A stretch of DNA of 64,000 nt, taken from positions 33,108,001-33,172,000 of the forward strand of contig JAGIQG010000013.1 of assembly GCA_024679065.1 (NCBI GenBank), in the 5' to 3' direction. Below are positions 62,040 to 64,000 of this stretch, piece after piece. This DNA comes from Sphyrna mokarran (Eukaryota). Position 1 is the stretch's first letter; each line of letters starts with the position of its first letter. Below the pieces are notes generated by a model. That model ran no database searches. It saw only the letters and a list, made by a program, of their open reading frames with translations, and was not told where the DNA came from. A program made the position numbers and the translations under genes.

Positions 62040-63130
62040 CTGTTTTTTTCATTTGCTCATGGGATCTGAGCAATAATGGAAGGCCAGCATTCTTTGCTCA
62101 TTTTAAATTTCTCTTTAGAAGGTAGTAGTGAGCCACCTCTTGGAACCATTATGTCCCTTAAGATGCAAGTATACTCACAGTGTAATTATGGAAGGAATTC
62201 CAGGACTTGTTCCAGTACAGTGAAGGATATATTTCAAAGTCAGAATGGACTATGAAGGGGAATTTGCAGATGCAAATCTTCCAATATACCTGTTGTCCTA
62301 AGTAGTAGTGGGTTGAGACTGGAATGTGCTAACAACAGATTGCTTGTGAGTTGCTACAGTGCATCTAATGGATGGGATAAGCTGTTGTCACAAGGCACCA
62401 ATTAAGTAGCCTGCTTTGTCCTGGATGATGTTGAGTTTCTTAGCTGTCATTGGGGCTACCCTCATCCAGAAAAGTGAACAATATTCCATCACATTCCAAT
62501 GTGTCCGTGGTGGAAGTTAGGAGTTGAGTTACTGACTGCAGAATTCCCAGCCTTTGACTCTTATTGTCATAGCATTTCTGTAGCTAGTCCAGTTAAGTTT
62601 ACGGTCGATATTGTCAGGATGTCAATGATGAGACCTTTGTTAGAAGTGCCAATGAATATCAAGCAGAGATAGTGGGATTCTCTTCTGTTGAAGATGTCAT
62701 TGCCTGGCACTTTTATGATGCAAATATTATTTACATTTCACGGCATGAATATAGTCTAGATCTTGCACAAGTGGATATAAATGGTCTCATTATCTGATGA
62801 GTTATGGTTTGAATTGAGGAATAAGCAATTGTCAACAAATGTCATCACTTCTCATCTTATAATGGTAGGAAAGTCATTGACTAAACAACTGAAGATAGTG
62901 TGCTTAGGACACAGGTTGTGAGAAACTCAGTGATATCCTGGGATTAAAATGATGGCTCTTCAACAATCACAACTATCAACCTTTTGTGCTAGGTCTGATA
63001 TCAAAGTGAACTGAATAGGCTGAAGACTGGCATATGGGTTTGTTGGGGTCCTTATGAGGAGGCTGAGGTGGAACACTCACTCAGCATTTCTGATCAAGAT
63101 AATTACATACGTTTTCTATATAGCTTGGAT
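62040..63130 (-). mobile_element. Old LINE 3' fragment (33170-34030 family)
   Basis: Degenerate reverse-complement similarity to 33170-34030. Confidence 0.65.
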
Positions 63131-63200
63131 TGCACAACATGAATTACGTCAGAATGCCCTCAGATTTTTGCAGTTTCTGTCTCAAATCACATATAGAGTG

Positions 63201-63473
63201 GAATCATAGAATTGCTACAGTGCAGGAAGCCATTTGGCCCATTAAACCTGCACTGACAACAATCTCACTCAGGCCCTATCCCCGTAGCCCTATATATTTA
63301 CCCTACTAGTCCCCTGATACTAAGAGGCAATTTAGTATGGCCAATCAACCTAACTTGCATATCTTTGAGGATAGCGGCGCATCCGGAGGAAACCGGAGCA
63401 TCTGAACACATGGAAAATGTACAAACTCCACACAGGCAGTCACCCAAGGCTGAATTTGAACCCAGGTCCCTGG
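63201..63473 (-). mobile_element. HE1-like tRNA SINE, 5'-truncated
   Basis: Reverse complement of the SINE family. Confidence 0.82.
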
Positions 63474-63909
63474 AATAGTTTATTCAGATGAGGCACTGGA
63501 TAAATGACACTGTCTGTGGAACCACACCCAGCAATAGTCAGCACTTTCAGCAGAGAAGGAGAGAAAATTGAATGTTATAATAAATGTGGCCTGGCAAATG
63601 CATGTATGTCAGTGCATTGTGGTTCTGTGCTGAATACTATTCTGTTGTATAACTGGCTGCCAGGACCAGGGATAAAGTGACTTAAATTTCTTACAGGTTA
63701 TGTCAAGTGGGAACCCCCCTTTCCACCTTCATTCATAGACACTCATCTTGATGGATACCACTAAAACAAAACTTGAATATTGGAATAGAAGCCTGCAGTG
63801 ACCTACAGAAACTCCCACATTGGCCCACACTACTAATCCCACTGCTTTCTGTGTTCTTGTCATGTCATACCTTGAAATAAGTGAGCTGGTTGAGTCTCAG
63901 TTTAATTAC

Positions 63910-63996
63910 CTAGCAATTCAGCAGTTTCACTTGTCTCCTCTCTTTGTGGTGGTGACTCAGATAGGTGTTTCTCTGTGATCTCTGACTCTTTCTTTC
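63910..63996 (-). CDS. Possible additional SPAG17 exon (87 nt, phase 1-1): KKESEITEKHLSESPPQREETSETAELL
   Basis: Good G|gtaatt donor in the phase needed by the 61133 exon and coding-like composition. The acceptor would be an unusual GAG 4 nt from the window edge and cannot be verified. Confidence 0.4.
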   Translation of the reverse strand, partial: ERKSQRSQRNTYLSHHHKERRQVKLLNC

Positions 63997-64000
63997 CTCA

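Noticed and set aside
1-64000. Prokaryotic features (operons, CRISPR arrays, rRNA or tRNA genes)
   Set aside because: Vertebrate intron-exon DNA; tRNA-like boxes occur only as SINE heads and no regularly spaced repeat-spacer array was seen.

Overview
Eukaryotic, repeat-rich genomic DNA from a cartilaginous fish, most likely a shark (HE1-like tRNA SINEs, CR1/HER1 LINEs, a Deu-domain SINE, Penelope and Harbinger relics). The only host gene I can support is the 3' part of SPAG17 (PF6 homologue, axonemal central-pair protein) on the minus strand. I traced 18 exons by hand between 61133 and 2530, all GT-AG and phase-compatible, giving 2,500 coding nt in one open frame. The gene runs off both window ends, and a possible further exon lies at 63910-63996. 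Most ORF-track entries are TE fragments or noise. Two observations stand out. (1) A tandem array of four paralogous phase-1/phase-1 exons sits in the poorly conserved C-terminal linker of SPAG17: two are intact, one has lost its acceptor but has an in-frame substitute AG, and one has lost its donor. (2) There are two copies of an interspersed repeat whose 5' end matches the first ~35 nt of U2 snRNA. Exon coordinates were counted base by base. Repeat boundaries are approximate, and family names and protein comparisons come from recall, not database searches.
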